The notes: a model not told the origin generated them from the letters alone. A stretch of 39,561 nucleotides of DNA from Eledone cirrhosa (GCA_964016885.1 CAXHJY010001423.1:1-39561), one strand, 5' to 3'. Positions 1 through 17,630 are shown, numbered from the stretch's first letter. Numbers and translations are program-made.

Positions 1-115
1 TTTGGAATGAAAAAAGAAAAAAAATACAAAATAACAAGAGCTAAAAACAAGGCAAAATGGCCAGTAGCTCTGTTCTATACATAGATCACTCTTTTTCCTT
101 TGAAATTGCGTAACG

Positions 116-143
116 CATGCGCACGCGCGCGCGCGCGCACACA

Positions 144-220
<77 letters not shown>

Positions 221-240
221 TCAGTCAGTCAGTCAGTCAC
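116..240. repeat. (CG)n/(CA)n/(TCAG)n microsatellite cluster
   Basis: Directly visible simple repeats. Confidence 0.95.
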
Positions 241-370
241 ATGATCATTATACTACATATTGACCTCTTTTTTACACACACACACACATATATACACACG
301 TGTATACATATATATATGTATATATATACATAAACATATGTGTGTGTGTGTAAATATGTATGTGTGTATT

Positions 371-687
371 ATCATCATCAGCATCATCATCATCACCGTT
401 TTACGTCCATTCTTCCATGCTAGCATGGGTTAGACGGGTTGTCCGGTTGGCTGCCATGTCTTGCTCATATGGCAACTGATTCTGGCTTGATTTATACAGC
501 TGGATGCCCTTCCTAACACCAACCTCATTTACAGTGAGTGGTGGGTGCTTTTTTTTCCGTGGCGCCTACACGTCCATTTTGCAGTGGAATGATAGGGACC
601 CCAGTCCTATCATCTCATTTCTACAGGTGAGTAAACTGGAGCAATGTGAAATAAAGTGTCTTGCTCAAGGAAACAACACATCACCTG

Positions 688-689
<2 letters not shown>
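371..689 (-). mobile_element. CORE-like SINE with RTE-derived 3' tail, tRNA head missing
   Basis: The reverse complement carries GTTTCCTTGAGCAAGACACTT (CORE-like box), GTTGGTGTTAGGAAGGGCATCCAGCTGTA (shared with the RTE 3' UTR at ~18005) and a (GAT)n tail. Homologous to 739-988 and 11070-11345. Confidence 0.8.
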
Positions 690-738
<49 letters not shown>

Positions 739-741
<3 letters not shown>

Positions 742-988
742 GGCTTACTGGTCAGAGCATTGGCCTTCCAATCGAAAGGTTGTGAGTTCAATTCTCAGAC
801 TGGGTGATGTGTTGTTTCCTTGAGCAAGACACTTTATTTCACATTGCTCCAGTTTACTCAACTGTAGAAATGAGATGATAGGGACCCTAGTCCACTGCAA
901 AGTGGTAGTGGAGGTGCCACGGAAAAAAAGCACCCAGCACTCACCTCTCTGTAAATGATGTTGGTGTTAGGAAGGGCATCCAGCTGTA
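739..988 (+). mobile_element. tRNA-derived CORE-like SINE, 3'-truncated
   Basis: A-box-like TGGCTTACTGGT (741-752), B-box-like GAGTTCAATTC (784-794), CORE-like TTCCTTGAGCAAGACACTT, then RTE-tail homology ending in a TA tract. Confidence 0.8.
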
Positions 989-1320
989 TATATATATATG
1001 AATATATATATATATATATATATATATGAATATATATGAATATATATATATGAATATATATATATATATATGAATATATATATGAATATATATATATATG
1101 AATATGTATATATATATATATATATATATATGAATATATATATATATGAATATATATATATATATGAATATATATATATATATGAATATATATATATATA
1201 TGAATATATATATATATGAATATGTATATATATATATGAATATATATATATATGAATATGTATATATATATATATATATATGAATATATATGAATATATA
1301 TATATATATATGAATATATA

Positions 1321-1376
<56 letters not shown>

Positions 1377-1397
1377 TATATATATTATATATATATA

Positions 1398-1447
<50 letters not shown>

Positions 1448-1653
1448 TATATATATTATATATATATATGAATATATATATTATATATATATATATATAT
1501 ATTCATATATATATTATATATATATATGAATATATATATTATATATATATATATATATATATTCATATATATATTATATATATATATGAATATATATATT
1601 ATATATATAATATATATATGAATATATATATTATATATATATATATATATGAA

Positions 1654-1687
<34 letters not shown>

Positions 1688-1955
1688 TCATTTATATATT
1701 ATATATATATATGAATATATATATTATATATATATATATTCATATATATATTATATATATATATGAATATATATATTATATATATATATATATATATATT
1801 CATTTATATATTATATATATATATATGAATATATATTATATATATATATATATATATATTCATATATATATTATATATATATATATGAATATATATATTA
1901 TATATATATATATATATATATTCATATATATATTATATATATATATATATGAATA

Positions 1956-1987
<32 letters not shown>
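989..1987. repeat. (TA)n-GAA/TTC minisatellite, with a ~58-bp higher-order unit from ~1370
   Basis: Visible repeat. Confidence 0.95.
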
Positions 1988-3010
1988 TCTGGTGCAATAA
2001 GTAGCAGCAAGTGCCCACACAATACTAGCTCTTTCAATTGCGCAGAGGGTTCTATAGAAATAGTGGACAGCTTCCGTTACCTGGGCGATAAAATCAGCAG
2101 TGGGGGAGGGTGCTCTGAAAGTACTGTAGCTAGAGTCAGAACTGGTTGGAAAAAGTTCAGAGAGCTTATACCACTATTAGCTGCTAAAGGGTTCTCCCTA
2201 AAAATGAAAGGCAGGTTGTACGATGCCTGCATACGAACAGCAATGTTGCATGGCAGTGAGACCTGGGCATTGTGTGCAGAGGATATACGCAGACTAGAGA
2301 GGAACGAAGCTTGCATGCTCCGCTGGATGTGTAACAGTAATATACGTGAACGGCAAAGCATAAACGAACTAAGGAAAAAATTAGAGATAAGAGGGATCAG
2401 ATGTTGTTTACTCGAGAGAAGGCTACGTTGGTATGGACACGTGATGCGCATGAAAGTCGATAGCTGTATAACAAAGTGCAGGGCAATAAAGATAGACGGT
2501 AGCCACGGAATAGGCAGACCTAGAAAAACCTGGGACGAGCTGATAAACTCCGACCTCACACACTTACACCTCTCCAAGACAATGTCACTGGACCGAGACC
2601 TTTGGCGGTACTCAGTAACAGAGAAGACCCGCCTTGCCAGTAGGCATCTCTAACAAAATACACCCCGTCCCACCACCACCACCCCCACCCCATCCACACC
2701 ACCCCGTCCTATGTAAAGTTATGTTGGTGCCGCGCCACCCGGGCCGAAACAAATGAGATCGTGTAGGTGTCACGACAAAAAAAACACACAGTCCACGCTG
2801 TAATGTGGCCGTGTAGGCAACACGGTAAAAACCTCCCAGACCCACACTGTAAATGTGGTTGGTGTTAGGAAGGGCATCCAACTGTAGAAAACCTGCCAGA
2901 CAGTCCTATGCGAGCAAGACAATCACTCTTGCCTCAAGTGGGACTACCCCCGTCCAAACCCATGCAAGCGTGGAACACGGACGTTAAACGTTGATGATGA
3001 TGATGATGAT
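1988..3010 (+). mobile_element. RTE-clade LINE, 5'-truncated (ORF C-terminus, 3' UTR, (GAT)n tail)
   Basis: Translation has FRYLG, MLHGSETW, RRLRWYGHVMR and GRPRKTW, typical of the RTE C-terminus. Nearly identical to 8708-9756. Confidence 0.92.
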
Positions 3011-3041
3011 GAATATATATATATATATATATATATGAATA

Positions 3042-3076
<35 letters not shown>

Positions 3077-3319
3077 AATATATATATTATATATATATAT
3101 ATATATATGTCGTTCTGAATTTGTTTAGCAAGATTCTTTATCTGAAATCGTGTGTTGAAACCGATATTGTTATACTTTGGGAGGGTCATGTTGCCAATAA
3201 GAAACACATGCACCAGTTGCTTTCACTTCAATTTATTATATATTTATAAATTTACAAATTTACAAATTTACAAACTTTTGGTTGGTTGGTTCCACAACCA
3301 GATAGTTGTTTATATATAT

Positions 3320-3364
3320 AGTCATAGTCCTTTCGTCACACACTCTGTGACCTCTTCAGTGACT
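3320..3364 (-). ncRNA. Minimal type I hammerhead ribozyme (family A)
   Basis: Minus strand reads AGTCA-CTGAAGA-G-GTCACA(gagtg)TGTGAC-GAAA-GGAC-TA-TGACT. Confidence 0.75.
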
Positions 3365-3703
3365 GGGGATTCCTTTCTTCGTTTCTGTGCCTTTCCTTTC
3401 TTCTATCCTACGCCATTTTGTTTCTGTGTGTGTGTTGTGTGCTCAGTTTGCGCATGCGCCACATCCGGGTGTCTGTGTGTTTGTGTTCATTTTTCTATTT
3501 TACTATTTTACTATTAAAAAAAAAAATAAAATAAAAAAAAAAAAAATAAATAAAAATAAAAAAAAATAGAAAAATGAACACAAACACACACAGACACCCG
3601 GATGTGGCGCATGCGCAAACTGAACACACAACACACACACACAGAAACAAAATGGCGTAGGATAGAAGAAAGGAAAGGCACAGAAACGAAGAAAGGAATC
3701 CCC

Positions 3704-3748
3704 AGTCACTGAAGAGGTCACAGAGTGTGTGACGAAAGGACTATGACT
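3704..3748 (+). ncRNA. Minimal type I hammerhead ribozyme (family A)
   Basis: Stem I AGTCA/TGACT, core CTGAAGA (3709-3715), 6-bp stem II, GAAA (3734-3737), 1-bp stem III, cleavage triplet CUA. Confidence 0.75.
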
Positions 3749-3900
3749 ATATATATAAACAACTATCTGGTTGTGGAACCAACCAACCAACCAGAAGTTT
3801 GTAAATTTGTAAATTTATAAATATATAATAAATTAAAGTGAAAGCAACTGGTGCGTGTGTTTCTTATTGGCAACATGACCCTCCCAAAGTATAACAATAT

Positions 3901-4722
<822 letters not shown>

Positions 4723-4731
4723 AGTTGCTTT

Positions 4732-5454
4732 CCAGTTGCTTTCACTTCAATTTATTATAAATTTATAAATTTCTGGTTGGTTGGTTGGTTCCACAACCAG
4801 ATAGTTGTTTATATATTGTCATAGTTCTTTCGTCACACACTCTGTGACCGCTTCAGTGACTGGGGATTCCTTTCTTTGTTTCTGTGCCTCTCCTTTGTTG
4901 TGTCCTACGCCATTTTGTTTCTGTGTTTAGACAAATTACAGAAGCAATAAACATAAAAGAATTACAACCAAAATTAAATAGAAAATATGAGTGGAACAGC
5001 AACATCACAACTTACAATTAAGGACAAAATGAAAACACACACACACATACAACAAACAACCAACCAGTAACATGTAAATAAACAAATAAATAAATGAACA
5101 TAAACACACACAGACACCTGGATGTGGCGCATGCGCAGACTGAGCACACAACACACACACAGAAACAAAATGGCGTACGACAGAACAAAGGAGAAGCACA
5201 GAAACAAAGAGAGGAATCCCCAGTCAATGAAGAGGTCACAGAGTGTGTGACGAAAGAACTATGACTATATATAAACAACTATCTGGTTGTGGAACCAACC
5301 AACCAACCAGAAATTTATAAATTTATAATAAATTGAAGTGAAAGCAACTGGTGCGTGTGTTTCTTATTGGCAACATGACCCTCCCAAAGTATAACAATAT
5401 CGGTTTCAACACACGATTTCAGATAAATAATCTTGCTAAACAAATTCAGAAACG
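4732..5454. mobile_element. Fold-back pair of Penelope-like pseudo-LTRs (family A, pair 2) with degenerate HHRs
   Basis: 4732-4926 is the inverted copy of ~5157-5351. The HHR at 4817-4861 (-) has core CTGAAGC and the HHR at 5222-5266 (+) has core ATGAAGA, one core substitution each. Confidence 0.72.
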
Positions 5455-5527
5455 AAATATATATATATGAATATATATATATATATGAATATATATATAT
5501 ATATATATGAATATATATATATATATA

Positions 5528-5564
<37 letters not shown>

Positions 5565-5630
5565 GAATATATATATATATGAATATATATATATATATGA
5601 ATATATATATGAATATATATATATATATGA

Positions 5631-5656
<26 letters not shown>

Positions 5657-5662
<6 letters not shown>

Positions 5663-5989
5663 GTGAGGTTTTTTTTACAAAATGAAAAATAACTGAGGTG
5701 TCCTACACGAGTGAAAGTATAAAGAAAAAGAGATGAAATCGAAAATGCAACTGAAGTCTTATTTTTTTTAAAAATATATATATTTATTTGGTTCCTTTAC
5801 CGGTTTCGCAGTTCTTCTGCTTTTCAAAAGGTGAGTTGAGATGGAGGGTCTGTGGTTTTTCCTACATCTCAACTCACCTTTTGAAAAGCAGAAGAACTGC
5901 GAAACCGGTAAGGAACCAAATAAATATATATATTTAAAAAAAAAATAAAACTTCAGTTGCATTTTCGATTTCATCTCTTTTTCTTTATA
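5657..5989. mobile_element. Short fold-back PLE pseudo-LTR (family B)
   Basis: Arms 5718-5843 and 5865-5989 with a 21-nt spacer, plus a single-copy extension at 5657-5717. Each arm has an HHR variant. Confidence 0.7.
5794..5831 (-). ncRNA. Minimal hammerhead variant with U3/A8 core (family B)
   Basis: Minus strand reads CCTT-TTGAAAA-GCAG(aagaa)CTGC-GAAA-CCGG-TA-AAGG. The mirror copy at 5877-5913 (+) lacks one A in stem I. Confidence 0.65.
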
Positions 5990-11069
<5,080 letters not shown>

Positions 11070-11345
11070 TCAGACCGGGTGATGTGTTGTTTCCTTGAGC
11101 AAGACACTTTATTTCACATTGCTCCAGTTTACTCAGCTGTAGAAATGAGATAATAGGGACTGGAGTCCCTATCATTCCACTCTAAAGTGGTCGTGGAGGT
11201 GCCACAACAAAAAAGCACCCAGCACTCACTGTAAATGAGGTTGGTGTTAGGAAGGGCATCCAGCTGTAGAAATCAACCCAGAATCAGTTCCCGTCCCACC
11301 CTTGCAAGCAGGGAAAAGTGGGCGTAAAATGAAATGAAATGAAAT
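11070..11345 (+). mobile_element. CORE-like SINE, head truncated, (GAAAT)n tail
   Basis: Homologous to 795-988 and to the reverse complement of 371-689. Confidence 0.8.
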
Positions 11346-11354
11346 ATATGAATG

Positions 11355-11385
<31 letters not shown>

Positions 11386-11420
11386 GAATATATATGTATA
11401 TATATATATGAATATATATG

Positions 11421-11452
<32 letters not shown>

Positions 11453-12320
11453 TATGAATATATATATATATGTATATGAATATATATATATATATATGAA
11501 TATATATATATATATGAATATATATATATATATGAATATATATATATATATATGAATATATATATATGAATATATATATATATATATGAATATATATATA
11601 TATATATGAATATATATTTATATATATGAATATATATTTATATATATGAATATATATTTATATATATGAATATATATATATATATGAATATATATATATA
11701 TATATGAATATATATATATATATGTGAATATATATATATATATGTGAATATATATATATATATGTGAATATATATATATATATATGTGAATATATATATA
11801 TATATTCATATATATATATATATATATGAATATATATATATATATATGAATATATATATATATATATGAATATATATATATATATATATGAATATATATA
11901 TATATATATGAATATATATATATATATATATATATGAATATATATATATATATATATATATATGAATATATATATATATATATGAATATATATATATATA
12001 TATATATATGAATATATATATATATATATATATATGAATATATATATATATATATATATATATGAATATATATATATATATATGAATATATATATATATA
12101 TATATATATGAATATATATATATATATATATATATATGAATATATATATATATATATATATATGAATATATATATATATATATATATATATGAATATATA
12201 TATATATATATATATATGAATATATATATATATATATATATATATGAATATATATATATATATATATATATATGAATATATATATATATATATATATATA
12301 TGAATATATATATATATATA
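11346..12320. repeat. (TA)n-GAA / GTGAA array
   Basis: Visible repeat. Confidence 0.95.
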
Positions 12321-12927
12321 GGCTTGGCACTTGTTGGTATAAGACGTGAATTGTCGTCTCTCCAGATTTGAAATTTTAATATTTTAAATCGACAGTAATC
12401 GGATTTATGTATGGTTTTAATTTTTCAGAGGACAAGGAAAACATACAAAAAAGATAAGTTGTTGTGCTTTGACGCAATTATTTTGAAGTATATTTTACAT
12501 ATATTACCGTTTTGAACATGTTTATTTTCACTGTGTGATACCTTCATAGGAGACAATAAACACACGTGCTTTCTATTTTTCTTATCTACCATACAGAGCA
12601 TACGTAATCTAATTTTAGTTTAACTTAAACAGATCTTGTATTATTTTGATTTTTCTGAGTAACATAATTTAATTTAATATAATCTTGTTTAATTTGGTAT
12701 AATCTTATCTGTATTTGACTCGATTTCGTTGTTTCTTGTTTGATATGCTGATATTACAATAACTTTGTATATTTGTAAACAAACATTTACATTCAACTTA
12801 TATACAACTTACATCGTGTTTCTATATCTCTATGATTCCGGTTTCTTCCATTCATTAATTTAATTTAAAATTTATTTTTATATTTATGAACTGCTATTGC
12901 TCACGCTGTCTCTATCTCTCTCCTTCC

Positions 12928-12967
<40 letters not shown>

Positions 12968-13236
12968 GATCAACGAGCTCTCTCTCTCTCCCTCTCCCTA
13001 GATCAACGAGCTCTCTCTCTCTCTCTATCTCCTCTCTCTCCCTCTGACCTTCCCCCCCCACTCTTCCCGCTATCTCTCTCGCTCCCCTCTTCTGTCTCCC
13101 CCTTTTCTTTTCTTTTCTTCTGTTTCTCTTTCTTTTTCTCGCTGGAGTTATATCTCTATCTCCCTCCCTCCCTCTGTCCCTCTCTAACCTCTACCCTACA
13201 CTTCCCACTGTCTCTCTTTCTCCCCTCCACAGCGAA

Positions 13237-14177
13237 ATGGACTGCATGCAGGAAAAAGGTGAAATCAGGAGTCAACGAAACTGGTCAAAGATGGAACTAG
13301 CGGTTTTGATCAAGGGGTGGACCATGGCTGATGGGTCTCCACCAAGCAAAAAGATGGCGGAGAACCTGAAGAGCCATGGGTTTCTGAGGACCCTGGCACA
13401 GATAGAGAGAAAGAGAAAAGAAATTGAGAAGGCATATGTCCTCATAGCGCCACATATGGCGATGCTAAGCCGTGTCCTCAGGGAGGAGAAAACCGAAGGA
13501 GGGATGAGGAGAAGGAGAGGGAAAAGGAAGAGGAAAAAGAAAAGGAGGAGAGCACAAGCACGGACCTGAAAGAAAATGATATACCCTCCGCCACAGGCAG
13601 GGAGGGCAGGCCGGGCAACCAACAAGCTAAGGGCAAAGGTGAAAAGCGAAATCACCTTCCGAAGGAGAACCAAGCGCAGAGGGACCAGTGGACAACTGTT
13701 CAAAGAAAGAACAGAAAGCACCGAGACACTGGGAGCAAAAAACCCCAAGTAATGTGCAAGTTTTTCAAGAACGGGACATGCTGGCATGGAGAGACAGGGA
13801 TGGGATGCAGATTCGCCCACCCTAGGTCTCAAACGAACTATGCCCATCATACTCGCGCAACATGCCCCAGCCAAAGCCGAAATAAGCTGCTCCAGAAGTA
13901 TGCTGATGTCGCGCGTGCTGCACCAACAAGGAGAAGGCACGCACATGCCGACGAGATACAGATGGCAGCAGCAGATCAGAAAAATTTTTTAGTGATGGCA
14001 GAGAAGATTGTGGGACAGCTGACCTGGCTGCATCGTCTCCAGAGCCAGGGTCATCCACACCAGCACTCAAGACCACCGCAGTTAAGGGACCCAGAGTGGC
14101 CGCCGCTGACACCAGACCAGGTGTCATATCGACAGCGATTACTGTCACCCCAAAAGTCACACCAGTGCTGCTGCTGA
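13237..14177 (+). pseudogene. LINE ORF1: Myb/SANT-like N-terminus, charged linker, CCCH zinc finger; one frameshift near 13500
   Basis: NWSKMELAVLIKGW...MAENLKSHGFLRTLAQIERKRKEI. The frame of ORF 13752-14177 is open back to ~13500 and contains CKFFKNGTCWHGETGMGCRFAH. Confidence 0.7.
13985..14053 (+). promoter_or_regulatory. Candidate -1 ribosomal frameshift signal (U_UUU_UUA plus downstream structure)
   Basis: Heptamer at 13985-13991 is in ORF1 phase (AAT TTT TTA). The -1 frame is ORF2. 14020-14029 can pair with 14043-14053. Confidence 0.5.
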
Positions 14178-17126
14178 ATGTCAGGGGCCTGGTGAAACTC
14201 AGCAACATGAGTAAAATTTCCTACCTGGGAGACTTAGCCATAAGCAATCAAGCACTATGCATGGCACTAACCGAAACGCACCTGACAAGCAGTATAGCAG
14301 ATGCAGAAATACATATACCGAAATATACTGTATTTCGTTCGGACAGGAAGGAGAGAACTCATGGTGGGGTTGCTCTGTATATCCGTGAAGATGTCACACC
14401 AATTGTACTGTTGACACATTCAAACTCAGTCTGTGACACACTGATAATACATATGAAGCAACTACAGATGGTAATATGTGTCACATATCAGCCGCCCGAT
14501 GCTCCCAGTCATGAGGGTAAATTTGAGGATAGCCTAAGTAGGATAGAAGAGGTCCTTGACAAACTGGACCAGGGTCTCAACATCCTACTGCTGGGAGACT
14601 TCAACCTACCAAAGGTCAAATGGCCTGAGGGCCACCTCCTCCCTGGAATGACGTCAATAGAACAGAGACAGACGGAATCCCTGCTGGCCCTCACACACAG
14701 GCTGTTCATGGAGCAAGCAATACTCCTCCCAACAAGAGGCGAAAATGTCCTGGACCTCTGTTTTACAAACAACGAAGTGCTCATCCACAATGTAAAGGTG
14801 ACACCAACAATTCTCTCGGATCATAACTTAGTAGAGCTAATGATATGTGGTCCAAGAGAACCAACAGAGACAAAACCACCAAGAAGCTCCGGGACGCTAT
14901 CCAACCTTAACTTCTACAAGGCTAACTGGAAAAAGATTAAGAGTGAAATCCGGAAGCAAACATGGAGTGAAAACACCGCCACACAAGGCACTAACACACA
15001 ATTTCAACACTTCATGACAACGATACACACCATATGCAAAAAGTGTGTCCCGGAGAAAGAGGCAAACAGACACAAAAATCTTATTCCCAGAGATAGGAAA
15101 ATCCTTATGAGACGTAGAACTAAACTCGCAAACCAGTTGAATAGTCAACAAAACAAAAACAAGAAGGAATCCTATTTGAAACGTGCACTACTTGACACCG
15201 AGATTGCACTCAAACTTTCACATGAGAATGAGAGGGCAAAGAAAGAGAACAGGGCCATAGAAAACATTAAAACAAACCCTAAGGCCTTCTTTAAATTTGC
15301 AAAAGAAACTACCTCAGTACACTGCAAGATTGGACCACTCTTCCACACGGACGGTTCATTAACCGAAAATCCCCAAGAGATATGTGAAATACTGAACGAA
15401 CAGTACAAAAGTGTCTTCACATGTCCACTGAGGCACATGCAAATAACGAAGCCAGAGGAGTTCTTTGATGCCACAACACTACATCAAGAAATGGCAACCA
15501 TCAACCACATAGACATAACGGAGGGGGATGTGGTGTACGCCATTGATGAAATGAGAACAGACTCGGCTGCTGGACCTGATGGATTCCCAGTAGTTCTCCT
15601 AAAAATATGTAAGCGGGCCTTAGCAACTCCACTGAAGATGCTCTTCAGAAGCTCCTTGGCTAGCGGTGTACTACCCAGGGAGCTGAAAGAAGGCACAATA
15701 TGCCCTATCCATAAAGGAGGTAGTAGAGCGGAGGCCAAGAACTATAGGCCAGTCTCCCTGACGTCGCATATCAGTAAGGTCATGGAGCGAGTCGTCAGAA
15801 AGAAACTAATCACTTTCCTCGAAGAAAATGACCGCCTGACTAGCACGCAACATGGCTTCCGCCCAGGAAGAAGCTGCCTTACACAGCTGCTACATCACTA
15901 CGACTGAGTACTGAGACAACTACTAGACAGCTCACATGTGGACGTGATATATCTTGACTTTGCAAAGGCCTTTGACAAGGTCGACCACGGAATGATATGT
16001 CACAAACTACACGGACTCGGCATAACTGGAAAAGTAGGTGAGTGGCTGCATGGCTTCGTAAGGGACAGAAGCCAGGCAGTCGCAGCAAATGGGGCCCTCT
16101 CGAGGGAAACACCGATAACAAGTGGGGTGCCCCAGGGGACAGTCCTGGGACCACTACTGTTTTTGGTGGCTCTCTCGGACATGCCCTCTGTGGTGCATGC
16201 AACAACATCCCTCACTAGCTATGCTGATGACACTAAGGTAGCACAGGCAATCAAAAACCCGGCTGACGCTGCCCTTTTACAGCAGGATCTGGATGCCATA
16301 TACAGATGGGCGGAAGAAAACAACATGCAGTTTAATGCTGGCAAATTCCAAGCCCTACAATACAAACCTGCAAACACAAATATAGTGGAACACAGCTACA
16401 CAGGACAGGACCGATATCCCCGTGTCAAAATCGATACGAGACCTGGGCATAGACATGAGCGATGATGCATCTTTTTCTTCACACATCATGAAGGTGGCGA
16501 CAACATGTAGACGATTCGCTGGCTGGATCTTGAGGACTTTCCTTACAAGAGATCGAGACACCATGTTGACACTGTGGAGGACTTTTGTCCTAAGCCGCCT
16601 GGACTACTGCTCCCAGCTGTGGTCACCCCATAGTGTCAAACTAACCACGGAGCTTGAGGCAATCCAGCGAAGCTACACCAAGAGGATTGCCAAGATGAGG
16701 GAGACAAGCTACTGGGAGAGGCTGAAGGAACTGAATCTCTACTCCTTGGAGCGAAGACGGGAGAGATACGCAGTGATCTACATGTGGAAAATCCTGGAGG
16801 GACTAGCACCAAACTTTGGCATTGGGAGCTGAACCAACCGTCGAACAGGACGTCACTGTGTGGTGCCAAAGGTCCCGTCTTCCACATCTAGAATAAGGAG
16901 CAGGTATTGCAATAGCCTGGGATTCAAGGGCCCTCAACTCTTCAACAGGCTGCCGAGGCATCTGAGAGACTTGCATGACGTGGAGGTGGATGTCTTTAAG
17001 AAACATCTCGACACCTTGTTATCCAGGATCCCGGATGAGCCCACAGCAAGACATGAGGGAAACCTAAGGGCAGCAGCAACAAACTCCCTCCTACACCAGT
17101 GGCCAACCTATACAGGCTGGAGATAA
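13991..17126 (+). pseudogene. LINE ORF2: APE endonuclease plus reverse transcriptase (two in-frame TGA stops, one frameshift)
   Basis: APE motifs LLLNVRGL, LTETHL, GGVALYI, LLGDFN and SDH. RT motifs QHGFRPGRSC, YLDFAKAFD, GVPQG and YADD. CR1-type C-terminus RLDYCSQLWSP and LYSLERRR. TGA at 15905 and 16830, frameshift ~16410. Confidence 0.92.
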
Positions 17127-17192
17127 AATGTGTAGCAACAAGGGCGGTGCCCCAGCATGGCCTCAGCCGGATGGCTGAAACAGGTAAAAGAG

Positions 17193-17227
<35 letters not shown>

Positions 17228-17244
17228 ATTCATATATATATATA

Positions 17245-17280
<36 letters not shown>

Positions 17281-17289
<9 letters not shown>

Positions 17290-17404
17290 AATGAATAATA
17301 ACAGGTAGACATCATAAAAAGGTAATTTATTCCGTGTGCTTGTAAGCACACGGAATAAATTACCTTTTTATGATGTCTACCTGTTATTATTCATTCTTTA
17401 TATA
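17281..17404. repeat. Perfect palindrome of ~61-bp arms with a 2-nt centre; probable PLE pLTR 3' fragment fold-back
   Basis: Centre GT at 17342-17343 and arms exactly complementary. GGAATAAATTACCTT resembles GGAATAATTGCCTT downstream of the family D HHR. Confidence 0.8.
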
Positions 17405-17540
17405 CACTCCGGAATACTGAAGGACCAGGAACTAAGTTTCTTGAACAATTCTTCCATAACTCGTAGAGTAACCTCTTACCGTACGTCAACCATATCCAGT
17501 GTAGTAATTAACCATCACTACATCTTGGATAATCCTATAC

Positions 17541-17630
<90 letters not shown>

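Larger units (their letters stand above)
3111..3900. mobile_element. Fold-back pair of Penelope-like pseudo-LTRs (family A, pair 1)
   Basis: Arms ~3165-3501 and ~3563-3900 are inverted copies around an A-rich spacer. Each carries an HHR motif. Flanked by TA tracts. Confidence 0.75.
12321..17192 (+). mobile_element. Near full-length CR1-group LINE inserted in (TA)n
   Basis: ~900-bp putative 5' UTR with a (CT)n tract, ORF1, ORF2 (APE+RT) and a short 3' UTR. TA tracts on both sides. The 5' boundary is inferred. Confidence 0.88.

Noticed and set aside
13272-14208. Antisense ORFs (224 aa and 128 aa) over LINE ORF1
   Set aside because: Shadow frames of purine-rich coding sequence, with no motifs.
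15905-16832. Two in-frame TGA codons in LINE ORF2 as selenocysteine or readthrough
   Set aside because: Simple TGG-to-TGA decay explains them, the same ORF also has a frameshift, and I saw no SECIS element.
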